From Escherichia coli (GTDB lineage: Bacteria > Pseudomonadota > Gammaproteobacteria > Enterobacterales > Enterobacteriaceae), in assembly GCF_013315695.1 (NCBI RefSeq), contig NZ_CP054353.1: DNA of 64,000 nucleotides; one strand, given 5' to 3'. Both the position numbers and the translations under genes were made by a program. The notes beneath the pieces are model-generated. The model did not search any database. It had not been told where the DNA came from and saw only the letters and a program-made list of their open reading frames with translations. This document shows, in pieces, positions 33,253 through 44,960 of the stretch. Each line of letters opens with the position of its first letter. Positions within the stretch are counted from its first letter, which is position 1.

Positions 33253-33612
33253 TCTCCAGCAACCAATGCCACCAGGGATTAAGCCCCCGCAACATTGCGC
33301 CTCACCGGAACCTTTCCGGCTTGCCGCTGATTCTACGATTGCTTTTTACCGTCAGCACCCGGCAATCTTCCTCATTGCGTGATGCATTCCAGCTTAATTT
33401 CTTTATTTGCAATAGTTGCAGTTCATATCCGGGCTGACTCCAGACTGGTAGTGAAATGCGCAATTTTGTAGAATTGCGCCTCCTCGCGACCTCCCCAGTG
33501 AATCTGTTGCCTCATTTTTTACATACTGCGTATTCGACTTCTCCACCTGTTGCGCAAGAGAAACTGGGTTTATTCATTTTTGCGAGGCCGACTTCTTTCT
33601 GGACAGGACTTT

Positions 33613-34884
33613 ATGCAGCACAACACACTACCGAAACACGATCAGAAATTGCCGTTTACACGCTACGACTTCGGCTGGGTTTTATTATGCATAGGCATGG
33701 CGATTGGTGCCGGAACCGTGCTGATGCCAGTACAAATTGGCTTGAAGGGAATTTGGGTATTTATTACCGCAGCGATCATTGCTTATCCTGCCACCTGGGT
33801 AGTGCAGGACATTTATTTAAAAACCCTTTCTGAAAGCGATTCCTGTAATGACTACACCGATATTATCAGTCATTACCTGGGGAAGAACTGGGGAATTTTC
33901 CTCGGGGTTATCTACTTTTTGATGATTATCCACGGGATTTTCATCTACTCTCTCTCCGTGGTTTTCGACAGCGCCTCGTACCTGAAAACCTTCGGTTTAA
34001 CCGATGCCGATCTTTCTCAATCTCTATTTTATAAAGTCGCCATTTTCGCCGTACTGGTGGCAATTGCGTCTGGTGGTGAACGATTACTGTTTAAGATTTC
34101 CGGGCCAATGGTGGTGGTCAAAGTAGGGATTATCGTCGTGTTCGGTTTTGCGATGATCCCGCACTGGAATTTCGCCAATATAACCGCCTTCCCGCAAGCC
34201 TCCGTCTTTTTCCGCGATGTCCTGCTTACCATTCCCTTTTGCTTCTTTTCTGCGGTATTTATTCAGGTACTTAACCCAATGAATATTGCCTATCGTAAAC
34301 GGGAAGCGGATAAAGTACTGGCAACCCGGCTCGCGCTGCGTACCCACCGAATTAGTTATGTCACGCTCATCGCGGTGATCCTGTTTTTTGCCTTTTCGTT
34401 TACCTTCTCAATTAGCCACGAAGAAGCCGTTTCTGCCTTTGAACAAAATATCTCGGCACTGGCACTGGCCGCGCAGGTGATCCCTGGGCATATCATTCAT
34501 ATCACCTCTACGGTGCTGAATATCTTTGCCGTACTGACCGCATTCTTTGGCATTTATCTCGGTTTCCACGAGGCCATTAAAGGCATTATTCTCAATCTGT
34601 TAAGCCGAATTATTGATACCAGGAAAATTAATTCACGCGTGCTGACTCTGGCGATTTGCGCTTTTATCGTCATTACGTTGACGATTTGGGTTTCGTTTCG
34701 TGTATCGGTGCTGGTGTTCTTTCAGTTGGGAAGCCCGTTATATGGCATTGTGTCGTGCCTCATTCCGTTTTTCCTGATCTATAAAGTCGCACAACTGGAA
34801 AAACTTCGCGGATTTAAAGCCTGGCTGATTCTGCTTTACGGCATTTTGCTATGCTTGTCGCCACTGTTGAAGCTGATTGAGTAA
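33613..34884 (+). CDS. yhjV: Amino-acid (HAAAP-family) transporter-like inner-membrane protein
   Basis: Start [11 protein letters not shown] within ORF 33550..34884 (423 aa); multi-TM. Confidence 0.8.
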   Translation: MQHNTLPKHDQKLPFTRYDFGWVLLCIGMAIGAGTVLMPVQIGLKGIWVFITAAIIAYPATWVVQDIYLKTLSESDSCNDYTDIISHYLGKNWGIFLGVIYFLMIIHGIFIYSLSVVFDSASYLKTFGLTDADLSQSLFYKVAIFAVLVAIASGGERLLFKISGPMVVVKVGIIVVFGFAMIPHWNFANITAFPQASVFFRDVLLTIPFCFFSAVFIQVLNPMNIAYRKREADKVLATRLALRTHRISYVTLIAVILFFAFSFTFSISHEEAVSAFEQNISALALAAQVIPGHIIHITSTVLNIFAVLTAFFGIYLGFHEAIKGIILNLLSRIIDTRKINSRVLTLAICAFIVITLTIWVSFRVSVLVFFQLGSPLYGIVSCLIPFFLIYKVAQLEKLRGFKAWLILLYGILLCLSPLLKLIE

Positions 34885-34913
34885 ACCGGAGCGCACGGCC
34901 CCGGTTTTGTGAG

Positions 34914-35918
34914 TTAACGCTGCGGATTTTCATCCTGATCAACAGCAAAACAAGCTACCAGTTGACCGCCGTAGTCTTTTAGCTGCGGCTGCAACTGGGT
35001 GCAGGGGCCGAAGCGCCGACGACAGCGGGCGTTGAAGGCACAGCCTGGCGGTGGATTGAGCGGGCTTGGCAGTTCACCGGTGAGCTTGATGCGCTCGCGG
35101 CGATCGTCCGGGTTCAGGCGCGGCGTCGCGGAGAGTAGCGCCTGAGTGTACGGATGACGCGGGTTATTGAAGATTTGGTCCTTCGTTCCCTTCTCCACGC
35201 AGCGGCCCAGGTACATCACCATCACTTCATCGGCAATGTGCTCCACAACCGACAGGTCGTGGGAGATAAAGACATAAGAAAGCCCCAACTCCTGCTGCAA
35301 ATCCATCATCAGGTTGAGCACCTGCGCACGCACTGAGACGTCCAGCGCAGAAACCGGCTCATCGGCAATCACCACATCCGGGTCGAGCATCAGACCTCGG
35401 GCAATGGCGATACGCTGACGCTGACCGCCGGAGAACATGTGCGGATAGCGGTCGTAATGCTCGGTTTTCAGGCCGACTTTCGCCATCATCGACAGGGCTT
35501 TTTCCCGACGCTGATCTTTGCTTAAGCTGGTATTAATAAGCAGCGGCTCTTCAAGAATTTGCCCAACTTTTTTACGCGGATTTAGCGAACCATAGGGATT
35601 CTGAAAGACGATCTGGATTTTCTGCCGACGCAACTTCTGCGCCTGCGGATCGTGCTTGAGCAGATCCTGCCCCTGGTAATACAGCTCACCACCGGTGGGC
35701 GTTTCGATCATCGTAAGCAACCGACCGAGGGTCGATTTACCGCAGCCGGATTCACCTACTACCGCCAGCGTTTTGCCACGTTCAAGGTTAAACGAAACGC
35801 CATCCAGCGCCTTCACCAGACGTTCCGGCGCGAACATGCCTTTCTTCACCGGATAATGTTTTTTCAGGTCGATAGCCTGCAACAGCGGTTGTTGCGAGGT
35901 GGCCTCATGCGTACTCAT
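34914..35918 (-). CDS. dppF: Dipeptide ABC transporter ATPase
   Basis: 334-aa ORF with Walker [10 protein letters not shown]. Confidence 0.9.
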   Translation of the reverse strand: MSTHEATSQQPLLQAIDLKKHYPVKKGMFAPERLVKALDGVSFNLERGKTLAVVGESGCGKSTLGRLLTMIETPTGGELYYQGQDLLKHDPQAQKLRRQKIQIVFQNPYGSLNPRKKVGQILEEPLLINTSLSKDQRREKALSMMAKVGLKTEHYDRYPHMFSGGQRQRIAIARGLMLDPDVVIADEPVSALDVSVRAQVLNLMMDLQQELGLSYVFISHDLSVVEHIADEVMVMYLGRCVEKGTKDQIFNNPRHPYTQALLSATPRLNPDDRRERIKLTGELPSPLNPPPGCAFNARCRRRFGPCTQLQPQLKDYGGQLVACFAVDQDENPQR

Positions 35919-36898
35919 AGTGTCGGCCTCCCGGCATCATCAAGTGGGTAATGGCATTTGGACTGACGCCCGTCAGCGAGCATATTCAGCGCCGGTTCTT
36001 CAGCGCGGCATTTGTCAGTGGCGTAGGGGCAGCGCGGGTTAAGCAGGCAGCCGTTCGGACGGTCGTACTTGCCGGGAACAACACCTGGCAACGACGCCAG
36101 ACGTTCTTTATCCTGAGCAAATTCCGGCAGCGCACGCAGCAATGCCTGAGTATACGGGTGACGCGGCGCATGGAAGATGGCGTGCGCATCGCCCGTTTCC
36201 ACCACCTGACCTGCATACATCACGATGATTTTATGTGCCGCTTCCGCCACCAGCGCCAGGTCATGGGTAATTAACACCAGCGCCATGTTCTCTTTCTGCT
36301 GTAGCTCCAGCAGCAGTTCGATAATTTGCGCCTGAATGGTCACGTCCAGCGCAGTGGTTGGTTCATCGGCAATCAGCAGCTTTGGCCGACAGGCAATCGC
36401 CATGGCGATCATCACGCGCTGGCTCATGCCGCCGGAAAGCTGATGCGGGTAAACATCCAGACGCGATGCCGGATCGGGAATACCGACCAGATTCAGCAGG
36501 TCAATCGCTCGCTGACGGCGGGTACTTTTGTTGCCGCCCTGATGCACCTTAATCGCTTCCATAATCTGGAAACCCACGGTGTAGCACGGGTTGAGGCTGG
36601 TCATCGGGTCCTGGAAGATCATCGCCACTTCGGCACCCACCAGGTTGCGGCGCTCTTTTTCCGAGATACGCTGCAAATCCTGACCGTTAAACTCCAGCTT
36701 TTCCGCCATCACGCGGCCCGGATAATCAATCAGCCCCATAATCGCCAGTGAACTGACCGACTTACCAGAGCCGGACTCACCCACAATCCCGACCACTTCG
36801 CCCTGTTTTACGCTGTAGCTGATGCGGTCTACGGCGCGGAACGGTGCGCTTTCGTCGCCGAAATGCACCGATAATTTATCTATATTTAATAACGCCAT
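35915..36898 (-). CDS. dppD: Dipeptide ABC transporter ATPase
   Basis: 327-aa ORF with Walker A GESGSGKS; overlaps dppF start. Confidence 0.9.
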   Translation of the reverse strand: MALLNIDKLSVHFGDESAPFRAVDRISYSVKQGEVVGIVGESGSGKSVSSLAIMGLIDYPGRVMAEKLEFNGQDLQRISEKERRNLVGAEVAMIFQDPMTSLNPCYTVGFQIMEAIKVHQGGNKSTRRQRAIDLLNLVGIPDPASRLDVYPHQLSGGMSQRVMIAMAIACRPKLLIADEPTTALDVTIQAQIIELLLELQQKENMALVLITHDLALVAEAAHKIIVMYAGQVVETGDAHAIFHAPRHPYTQALLRALPEFAQDKERLASLPGVVPGKYDRPNGCLLNPRCPYATDKCRAEEPALNMLADGRQSKCHYPLDDAGRPTL

Positions 36899-36908
36899 CT
36901 CGAACCTC

Positions 36909-37811
36909 TTACTGCTTCAGTTTGGGATCGAGCGCGTCACGCAGACCGTCACCCATCAGGTTAAATGCCAGCACCGTCAGCAGGATCGCCAGACCCGGGA
37001 AGGTCACGACCCACCAGGCGCTTTGCGCGAACTGCAACACGTCAGAGAGCATGGTGCCCCACTCCGGCGTTGGCGGCTGCGCCCCCATGCCGAGGAAGCC
37101 AAGGGCGGCCATATCGAGAATAGCGTTAGAGAAACCGAGCGACGCCTGAACAATCAGCGGCGCAAGGCAGTTCGGGAAGATGTTAATAAACATCTGGCGC
37201 ATTGCCCCGGCACCCGCCACGCGAGACGCGGTGACGTAATCGCGGTTAACTTCCACCAGCACGGCGGCGCGGGTTAAGCGCACATAATGCGGCAGCGCAA
37301 CGAAGGTTAGCGCCAGCGCGGCGTTACCAATCGACGGGCCGAAAATCGCCACCAGCACCAGTGCCAGCAGTAGACTTGGCAGCGCCAGCATGATATCGAC
37401 CACGCGCATGATGATGTTATCGACCAGACCGCCAAAGTAACCAGCGATCAGGCCGAGAATAACGCCCATAATCAGCGATAACACCACTACCAGACAGCCA
37501 ACCAGCAGCGACAAGCGCGCGCCGTACATCAGCCGCGACAGCACATCACGCCCCACGTCATCAGTGCCCAGCAAGTGCGCCATGCTGCCGCCTTCCTGCC
37601 AGGCTGGCGGGGCGAGCAGTGCATCGCGGAACTGTTCCGCTGGGTTATAGGGTGCAATCCAGTTGGCAAAGATCGCGATAAACAGCACGATGACGACGTA
37701 AACCAGCCCGACAACCGCGCCTTTGTTGCGTTTAAAATAGTGCCAGAACTCCTGTAACGGGGTCATCGGCACCGGTGCGCTAATCACTTTATTTTCAGTA
37801 ACCTGTGACAT
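36909..37811 (-). CDS. dppC: Dipeptide ABC transporter permease
   Basis: 300-aa permease ORF. Confidence 0.9.
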   Translation of the reverse strand: MSQVTENKVISAPVPMTPLQEFWHYFKRNKGAVVGLVYVVIVLFIAIFANWIAPYNPAEQFRDALLAPPAWQEGGSMAHLLGTDDVGRDVLSRLMYGARLSLLVGCLVVVLSLIMGVILGLIAGYFGGLVDNIIMRVVDIMLALPSLLLALVLVAIFGPSIGNAALALTFVALPHYVRLTRAAVLVEVNRDYVTASRVAGAGAMRQMFINIFPNCLAPLIVQASLGFSNAILDMAALGFLGMGAQPPTPEWGTMLSDVLQFAQSAWWVVTFPGLAILLTVLAFNLMGDGLRDALDPKLKQ

Positions 37812-37820
37812 GATGTCCCC

Positions 37821-38840
37821 TTACTTCTTATGACGAATACGCGGGTTCACCACGCCGTACAGCAAATCGACCAGCAGGTTGACGAGGATAATCATCGTCG
37901 CCACCAGCAATACGCCGCCCTGCACTACCGGATAATCGCGGCGTTGCAGTGCGTCAATCAACCAGCGCCCCAGACCGGGCCACGAGAAGATGGTTTCAGT
38001 CAGAATCGCCCCCGCCAGCAATGTTCCCACCTGCAGGCCGATAACGGTCACCACCGGCAGCATCGCGTTACGCAGCGCATGGACGATAATCACCCGCATC
38101 CGGGTAAGACCTTTGGCACGCGCGGTGCGGATATAATCTTCGCCCAGCACTTCCAGCATCGAGGAGCGCGTCATACGCACAATGACCGCCAGCGGGATGG
38201 TACCCAGCACAATGGCGGGTAGGATCATATGGGCGACGGCATCGATAAAGTTACCGTCTTCACCCCAGATGGCGGTGTCGATCAGCATAAAACCGGTTAA
38301 CGGATTGGAATCATCGAGGAACACCATGTCGCTCACACGACCGGAGACAGGCGTCAGGTTCCAGTGCACCGAAACCAGCATGATCAGCATCATGCCCCAC
38401 CAGAAAATTGGCATCGAGTAGCCGGTCAGCGCCAGGCCAACCGCTGTGTGATCGAAAATGGAACCACGTTTAACCGCAGCCAGCACACCAACCGGAATAC
38501 CGACTGCCGTCGCAAAAATCATCGCGCAGACGCCAAGTTCCAGCGTGGCCTGAAAGCGCGGCACGAACTCTTCCCATACCGGAATTCGGCTTTTCATGGA
38601 AATGCCTAAATCACCGTGCATTACGCCCCAAATGTAATGGAGATACTGCTGCCACATCGGTTTATCTAAGCCGAGTTCAGCCAGCAATTGTGCGTGACGC
38701 TCTGGGGAGATCCCACGCTCGCCCGCCATGATCATCACCGGATCGCCCGGGATCATGTGGACAAAGGCAAATGTGAGAAGGGTAATACCGATAAACGTGG
38801 GGATGACGAGTCCCAAACGTCGGAGAATAAACTGCAACAT
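37821..38840 (-). CDS. dppB: Dipeptide ABC transporter permease
   Basis: 339-aa permease ORF. Confidence 0.9.
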   Translation of the reverse strand: MLQFILRRLGLVIPTFIGITLLTFAFVHMIPGDPVMIMAGERGISPERHAQLLAELGLDKPMWQQYLHYIWGVMHGDLGISMKSRIPVWEEFVPRFQATLELGVCAMIFATAVGIPVGVLAAVKRGSIFDHTAVGLALTGYSMPIFWWGMMLIMLVSVHWNLTPVSGRVSDMVFLDDSNPLTGFMLIDTAIWGEDGNFIDAVAHMILPAIVLGTIPLAVIVRMTRSSMLEVLGEDYIRTARAKGLTRMRVIIVHALRNAMLPVVTVIGLQVGTLLAGAILTETIFSWPGLGRWLIDALQRRDYPVVQGGVLLVATMIILVNLLVDLLYGVVNPRIRHKK

Positions 38841-38990
38841 AACCCGGATTCTCTATAATGACCCGCAGCCTGGAACTGCGTGTCTGTATTGCTCACAAAT
38901 CAATTCCCGCCCTTGTGGGACAGGGAATGAAGTATTGCTGCCGGATGGCGCTGCACGCAGAGGCACAGCGCCACCGGGTATGGCTTTTAA

Positions 38991-40598
38991 TTATTCGATA
39001 GAGACATTTTCGAAGTGATGTTTGCCTAATGGATCAACCACATAGCCTTTAACTTCTTTGCGTACCGGTTCAAACACGGTGGAGTGAGCGATGATCAGTG
39101 CCGGAGCCTGATCGTGCATCACGACCTGTGCTTGTTTGTACAGTTCAACACGTTTATTGTGGTCGTCGGTAGCACGCGCCGGTTGAATCAGATCTTCAAA
39201 CGGTTTGTAGCACCATTTTGAGTAGTTGGAGCCTTGTTCAGAGGCGGCGCAGCTGAACAGGGTGGCGAAGAAGTTATCCGGATCCCCGTTATCGCCAGTC
39301 CAGCCCATCATTACCGTCTGATGCTCGCCATCTTTCGCACGCTTGAGGTACTCACCCCATTCGTAGGTGACGATTTTGGCCTGCACGCCGACTTTCGCCC
39401 AGTCTGCCTGAATCATCTCCGCCATGCGGCGAGCGTTCGGGTTATACGGACGTTGTACCGGCATTGCCCACAAGTCGATGGAGAAACCTTTTTCCAGACC
39501 CGCTTCTTTCAGCAAGGCTTTCGCTTTTTCAGGATCGTAAGTGTAGTCCTGAACATCGTCGTTATAGCCCCACATGGTTGGCGGGATCAGGTTTTTCGCT
39601 GATACGCCCGCGCCCTGATAAACCGCTTTGATGATCGCGTCTTTGTTCACCGCGTAGGTCAGAGCCTGGCGAACTTTCACGTCATCGAGTGGTTTTTTCT
39701 GCACGTTATACGAGAGATAACCGACGTTCAGCCCCGGCATTTCCATCAGGTTGATGGATTTATCCTGCTTCATGCGGGCGATATCTGCCGGGTTCGGGTA
39801 CGGCATCACCTGGCATTCGTTCTTCTGCAATTTCGCATAACGCACGGAAGCGTCAGGAGTAATAGAGAAGACCAGCGTATCGATCTTCGGTTTGGTGCCC
39901 CAGTAGCCATCAAACGCTTTATAGCGAATACGGGAATCTTTCTGGTACTGCTGTAACTGGAACGGGCCGGTACCGATTGGGTTGAGGTCCAGTTTTTCCG
40001 GTGTACCGGCTTTCATCATCGCGTCAGCATATTCTTTTGACAGAATAGAGGCGAAGTCCATTGCCAGGTCAGCAAGGAACGGCGCTTCCGGGCGAGTCAG
40101 CACGAACTGAACGGTGTTATCGTCCACCTTTTTCACTTCGCTGATCAGCTCCGGTAAGCCCATGCCTTCGAAGTATTCGTAGCTGCCGCCAGAAACTTTA
40201 TGGTACGGGTTTTGCGCGTTTTTCTGACGATCGAACGAGAACACTACATCATCGGCATTCAGTTCGCGCGTCGGTTTGAATTCTTTATTGTCGTGCCACT
40301 TCACACCTTTACGCAGATGGAAGGTATAGGTTTTACCGTCTTCGCTGACTTCCCACTTTTCAGCGAGGCCCGGAATCACTTCAGTGGTGCCGATTTTAAA
40401 TTCAACCAGGCGGTTATAAAGCGGTACGGAAGAGGCGTCATAGGTGGTGCCGGAGGTAAACAGCTGCGGGTTAAACCCTTCCGGAGATCCTTCTGAGCAA
40501 TAAACCAGAGTTTTAGCCTGAACACTTGCTGCGACGGTCATAGCCACCAGGCTGAGACCAAGCTTCAGCATCCCTGACTTTTTCAAGGAAATACGCAT
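38991..40598 (-). CDS. dppA: Periplasmic dipeptide-binding protein
   Basis: 535-aa ORF with signal peptide; family 5 solute-binding protein. Confidence 0.9.
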   Translation of the reverse strand: MRISLKKSGMLKLGLSLVAMTVAASVQAKTLVYCSEGSPEGFNPQLFTSGTTYDASSVPLYNRLVEFKIGTTEVIPGLAEKWEVSEDGKTYTFHLRKGVKWHDNKEFKPTRELNADDVVFSFDRQKNAQNPYHKVSGGSYEYFEGMGLPELISEVKKVDDNTVQFVLTRPEAPFLADLAMDFASILSKEYADAMMKAGTPEKLDLNPIGTGPFQLQQYQKDSRIRYKAFDGYWGTKPKIDTLVFSITPDASVRYAKLQKNECQVMPYPNPADIARMKQDKSINLMEMPGLNVGYLSYNVQKKPLDDVKVRQALTYAVNKDAIIKAVYQGAGVSAKNLIPPTMWGYNDDVQDYTYDPEKAKALLKEAGLEKGFSIDLWAMPVQRPYNPNARRMAEMIQADWAKVGVQAKIVTYEWGEYLKRAKDGEHQTVMMGWTGDNGDPDNFFATLFSCAASEQGSNYSKWCYKPFEDLIQPARATDDHNKRVELYKQAQVVMHDQAPALIIAHSTVFEPVRKEVKGYVVDPLGKHHFENVSIE

Positions 40599-41302
40599 TA
40601 TTCTGCTCCAATTGTGATGTTTGTTGTTTTAACCCTTTGCAGTGGGTTGTCGCTGCCTGACCTTTTTTGTTTTTTGCCCGGTCGGGTCAACGTTATGAGG
40701 TGGGGATGCCGTACTAATTAACATCAGTGTAACAGTGCGGATCCTCCATAAAATGCCCCTCGTGACCTACAATCTGTCAACAGAATGTGAAAACGTCAAT
40801 ACAGCCAACCGGGATTTACACCAACGGTGAGAATCCACAAACAAAGATTAAAAAAACTTCAAACAGCTATTTGCAGCAGAGAAATTTGTGCTACGCCAAC
40901 ACAACCAGAACAATCAGCTTAATATTTAGCAACATTTGGTGATTAAGTTTTATGCATTTAATGAAAAAATCTGAGGTAAAGGTGGATATCTGAGCGATTA
41001 ATACCATGAACGCTAAAACGCACAGCGGAAAATGCCAGCGCCAGCCATAAGTAACGCAAAAAAAGATTTAAGCAAATATAAAAAAAGACAATGGTTTCTG
41101 TCACAAATCCGTTAATGGATAGTGAGATATGGGGCGCAAATTTGGCAGGGAAATGTGTGGTGTGTAGATCGGATAAGGCGGTCGCGCCGCATCCGACAAT
41201 GGGCCGGTACATTTGCCTGATGCGACGCTGGCGCGTCTTATCAGGCCTACGTCGAATCGAACCTCCCCGCCCCCGGGGGTTCTCTTCCTCATGAGCTACA
41301 GA

Positions 41303-41331
41303 TGCAAAAAAGCCTGCTCGTTGAGCAGGCT
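41303..41331 (-). terminator. Rho-independent terminator of proK
   Basis: Minus-strand hairpin AGCCTGCTC…GAGCAGGCT followed by UUUUUU. Confidence 0.7.
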
Positions 41332-41340
41332 TTTCGAATT

Positions 41341-41417
<77 letters not shown>

Positions 41418-41508
41418 AATGCGGGGCGCATCTTACTGCGCAGATACGCCCTCGTCAATCCCTTAATAGCAAAATGCCTTTTGATCGGCGAGAAAGTCAG
41501 CAGGCTTC

Positions 41509-43200
41509 TTAGTTAGCCGCTGCCTCTTTTGCCTGCGGGATGTGGCACCAGTTGTTGTTTTCGTTAATTCCACCATCCGGTGAAGTATAGCCAAGACACC
41601 CCATGATGGTGTCGTACAGCTCTACATGACGGCGTGGCACTTTCATGTCGGCTTCTTTTTTCAGCTGCGCAAATGCCTGCGCATTGACCGGATTTTCCAG
41701 ATATTTATCCGACATCCAGACCATCATCGGCACACGGAACTGTTCCGGCGGTGCCAGTTCACGCGGCGTGCCGTGCAGGTGCTCGCGTTCATTAATTGAC
41801 TCACCGTGGTCAGCTGCATAGAACACAATCGCTTTCTTATTGCGAACCTGATCAATCACGCTGGAAATAAAGTGATCCACATAGGTCACCGAGTTGTCGT
41901 ATGAGTTGATCATCTGCGCTTTGGTACAGCCGCTATCAACACCAATACATTCCGGCTTCCACTGCGCAAAGCTGCGCGGGTAACGCTGGGTGTAGTTAAA
42001 GTGTGAGCCTTTGGTATGCAGAATGATCAGATGCTTACCATCCGGGTTGCGCCCCAGCGACTGCTGCATTTCGTCTACCAGCAACATATCATCTACCGGT
42101 TTGCCACGGTTACGTGGCTCCGCACCAATCTGCTCACGATAAGCAATGTTGTCCGCCATCGTATTGCTGTAGAACCACATTTCGCTTTGCATAGCGTAGA
42201 GATCAGAACTGAATCCTAACTGCTTCAATACCGCGAAAATGTTCTGTTCTTTTAATGTGCGCTGCGGATTATCTTCTGCTCCACCCTGACGTACAAACAT
42301 GCAACGCAGTGAGAGTTTGGTTGCAGTATCACAGGAGTAACCACGGAACGCCGCCAGATTTTTCTCCTGAGCCAGTTTCGGTGTGGTATTGCGTTCATAG
42401 CCGAAAATGCCCATATGATCCCAGCGCGTGGTTTCACCAATAATGAAAACGACATATGTATCATCAACGTTTTGTGGAGCCTGGTACGTAAACTTCTTCG
42501 CAGGGTTAAGGAGAGAATTGTTATCGGAAGATTCATCGACCCGCGCCCAGGCATAAAGACCTAATGCCGAAAGCCAGTTTGATGGCAGATAAGAGTTCGC
42601 GACGACGCCGCCATAACTCGGCAAATCAACACCTGTCGCCCTCTCCACTTTCTTCTGCTGGATATCCAGCAAACGAATCGGTGCCCAAACCATAATACCT
42701 GCCAGTACGACGACCGCCAGGCTGCGAATACGCTGCCCTGGGGTTCGCAGTTGTCGGAGCAAGGTGTAACGACAGCGGTTATTCCAGATAAGGATAAGAG
42801 GCAACGCGCTTACGGCGATTAACCAGAGAATAAAGTTCAGACCAACAACTTCTTTTGACAGGTCGATATCGGTGGTCATGACGGATGCGATGATGCCATA
42901 ACCAATGACTACATTAAGGAAGGTCATGTAATAGCTGGCACCGGCGGAAAAGAGCACCACCAGCGATGCCAGAATACGCCAGCTGCGGCGGCCAAACAGC
43001 GAAAGAAGACGCAGTAAAAAGAAGGTCACCAGTACGGTGGCGGCCAGTTCAACAACAGCAGAAATACCTTTCCAGACGGTAAAATCGTGCGCATAGCTGC
43101 CGAAGCGGCGGTAAAAAACCGCGCCATTCATAAAAAGGCCAATATAGATTGCAAGCAAAAAGCTCAGCTTCTGCTGTGTAATCGATTTGATGTATCTCAT
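41509..43200 (-). CDS. eptB: Kdo(2)-lipid A phosphoethanolamine transferase
   Basis: ORF 41509..43233; probable start [10 protein letters not shown] (563 aa). Confidence 0.85.
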   Translation of the reverse strand: MRYIKSITQQKLSFLLAIYIGLFMNGAVFYRRFGSYAHDFTVWKGISAVVELAATVLVTFFLLRLLSLFGRRSWRILASLVVLFSAGASYYMTFLNVVIGYGIIASVMTTDIDLSKEVVGLNFILWLIAVSALPLILIWNNRCRYTLLRQLRTPGQRIRSLAVVVLAGIMVWAPIRLLDIQQKKVERATGVDLPSYGGVVANSYLPSNWLSALGLYAWARVDESSDNNSLLNPAKKFTYQAPQNVDDTYVVFIIGETTRWDHMGIFGYERNTTPKLAQEKNLAAFRGYSCDTATKLSLRCMFVRQGGAEDNPQRTLKEQNIFAVLKQLGFSSDLYAMQSEMWFYSNTMADNIAYREQIGAEPRNRGKPVDDMLLVDEMQQSLGRNPDGKHLIILHTKGSHFNYTQRYPRSFAQWKPECIGVDSGCTKAQMINSYDNSVTYVDHFISSVIDQVRNKKAIVFYAADHGESINEREHLHGTPRELAPPEQFRVPMMVWMSDKYLENPVNAQAFAQLKKEADMKVPRRHVELYDTIMGCLGYTSPDGGINENNNWCHIPQAKEAAAN

Positions 43201-43523
43201 GCAAACAAACCCTGGACAAACAGGTGATAACACCCTGCTTAGCGGCTTTTCAGGCCCGGCAGGGGAAAAGTGCGGAGGTAGTCAGATAAGTAAAATCTAC
43301 ACGCGCGAATAAGTAGACCACAGCAAAGGGAAAAAGTGTGGGGAAAGAGTGTGCATGAAGCACAAATTTACAAAAATGCAAGTTTGAAAAGAGACTTTAG
43401 CGTTACAAAAAGCAGTAAAAAGGGCCAGTTAACTGGCCCAAATTTTACGCGTCATTGTTTATACATTGCGTTGAAGCGTTTGATTCACACTAAGGCTAAA
43501 GCCCAGTAGCTCGCGGCAGATGA

Positions 43524-44732
43524 TTAAAGGGAGCCATGCGCCTCACGCAACATTTTCTGCTCTGGCTGACGAATCGTCGTAGAGAGCGCCAGTGACAGAA
43601 TCAGCAGGGCGAAAATCACGTAGAAGGTCACATAGAAGCCGCCAAACAGTGAGGCGATAATCGACCCACAAATGCTGCCGATACCGAAACCGAGATAAAT
43701 CACACCGTAGTTTTTCGCCAGGTTATTGAGGCCGAAGAACTCACTGACCAGTGACGGGAACACCGTGATAGTGCCGCCAAAGTTAAATGCCACGCAGGCA
43801 ATCGCTGCAAAGAACGTCACTGCATTCAATGGTGCAAACAGCAGGGCCGCCATACCCACCAGCGATATCACCTGACCAATGGTGATAACACGGATACGGG
43901 CGATTTTGTCAGACAGAATGCCCAGCACCAGACGACCAGAAAGGTTGGCGATGGAAATAACCGTCACAGCATTGGCTGCGGAAATTGCATCAAGATGCGC
44001 CAGACTTTGAGCGATATCTTTCGCTACACCAATCACATACAGACCACTCATGCACGCAGTCAGGAACATAACCGCTAACATCCAGTACTGCGGTTTACGC
44101 ATCGACTCTGCCAGGGTGTAGTCCTTCTCCACCACACCATTGCTGGTTTTCACTTCCTGCTTCGGCGCATCTTTCATTAACGTTGCGCCAAAGACAATCA
44201 TCACCAGTACAATCGCGCCCCAAATAACAAAGGTTTTTTCCAGACCCACCGTTTCGAGCAGGTGCGTGTCGATAAATTTAAAACCCAGGCTGCCCAGACC
44301 ATAAGAACCGATAGCAAAAGCAGAGATAAGTCCCTTACGCTCCGGAAACCACTTCACGCAGTTAGAGAGCGTCAACAGGTAACCCGCACCATCCGCCAGA
44401 CCAACCAACACACCGGCGCTTAACCACAGCATCATCAGGTTGTTGGAATGTGCTGTCAGGAAGAAACCTAATCCCAGCAAAATGCCGGAAGCCATAGTGA
44501 CGCGTTTAACACCAAAACGTTCCTGCAATTTGCCCGCAACAGAAGATGAAATTGCCAGCCCCAGACTTAACAAGCCGAAAGAGAAAGCAACCTGGCTTAC
44601 AGGAGCCCCCAGCTTGGCAGAAAGCGCACCGTTAAACAGACTCCAGGTATAAACCGACCCCAGAGCAAACTGGGTAATGATAGTACCGATGAGTGTCAGC
44701 CAGCGAGTACGCTGATAATTTGAAGGTGTCAT
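43524..44732 (-). CDS. yhjX: MFS (oxalate/formate antiporter-like) transporter
   Basis: ORF 43524..44777; probable start MTPSNYQRTRW (402 aa). Confidence 0.85.
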   Translation of the reverse strand: MTPSNYQRTRWLTLIGTIITQFALGSVYTWSLFNGALSAKLGAPVSQVAFSFGLLSLGLAISSSVAGKLQERFGVKRVTMASGILLGLGFFLTAHSNNLMMLWLSAGVLVGLADGAGYLLTLSNCVKWFPERKGLISAFAIGSYGLGSLGFKFIDTHLLETVGLEKTFVIWGAIVLVMIVFGATLMKDAPKQEVKTSNGVVEKDYTLAESMRKPQYWMLAVMFLTACMSGLYVIGVAKDIAQSLAHLDAISAANAVTVISIANLSGRLVLGILSDKIARIRVITIGQVISLVGMAALLFAPLNAVTFFAAIACVAFNFGGTITVFPSLVSEFFGLNNLAKNYGVIYLGFGIGSICGSIIASLFGGFYVTFYVIFALLILSLALSTTIRQPEQKMLREAHGSL

Positions 44733-44815
44733 GGCAGTATTCCTGCAGTAATAAAAAGGAAAAATCTCTGCTGACAACCATAACGAAGTGCGCTTTATGC
44801 CTGGGGAAAAACGGC

Positions 44816-44846
44816 ATGAAATGCCATCAGAACGGAATGAAATGCA
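44816..44846 (-). promoter_or_regulatory. Probable YpdB (LytTR response regulator) binding site upstream of yhjX: direct repeats of GGCATTTCAT (minus strand) with an 11-bp spacer
   Basis: Plus-strand ATGAAATGCC at 44816-44825 and ATGAAATGCA at 44837-44846, about 85-115 bp upstream of the yhjX start. Confidence 0.5.
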
Positions 44847-44960
44847 TTAGTTCAGGAATGAATGACTCGACAATTATTCGCCAAATTTATTATTTAGTAA
44901 GTTAGTCCCCACTATCGCCACATTAGTTGTTATTTATGGGTTTCAATTGTATCTATAACG

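Larger units (their letters stand above)
31011..33430. repeat. Long direct repeat (LDR) array: 5 tandem ldr/rdl units of about 483-484 bp; last unit has a diverged distal end
   Basis: Anchor GGCCGC recurs at 31021, 31505, 31988, 32471, 32954; each unit carries an ldr ORF, an rdl-like antisense gene and terminator hairpins. Confidence 0.9.

Noticed and set aside
31011-33430. Possible CRISPR array or rRNA-like repeat, suggested by the regular tandem periodicity
   Set aside because: The period is about 483 bp with no short repeat-spacer structure. Each unit contains a conserved small ORF and a small RNA gene, which is the LDR toxin-antitoxin architecture.
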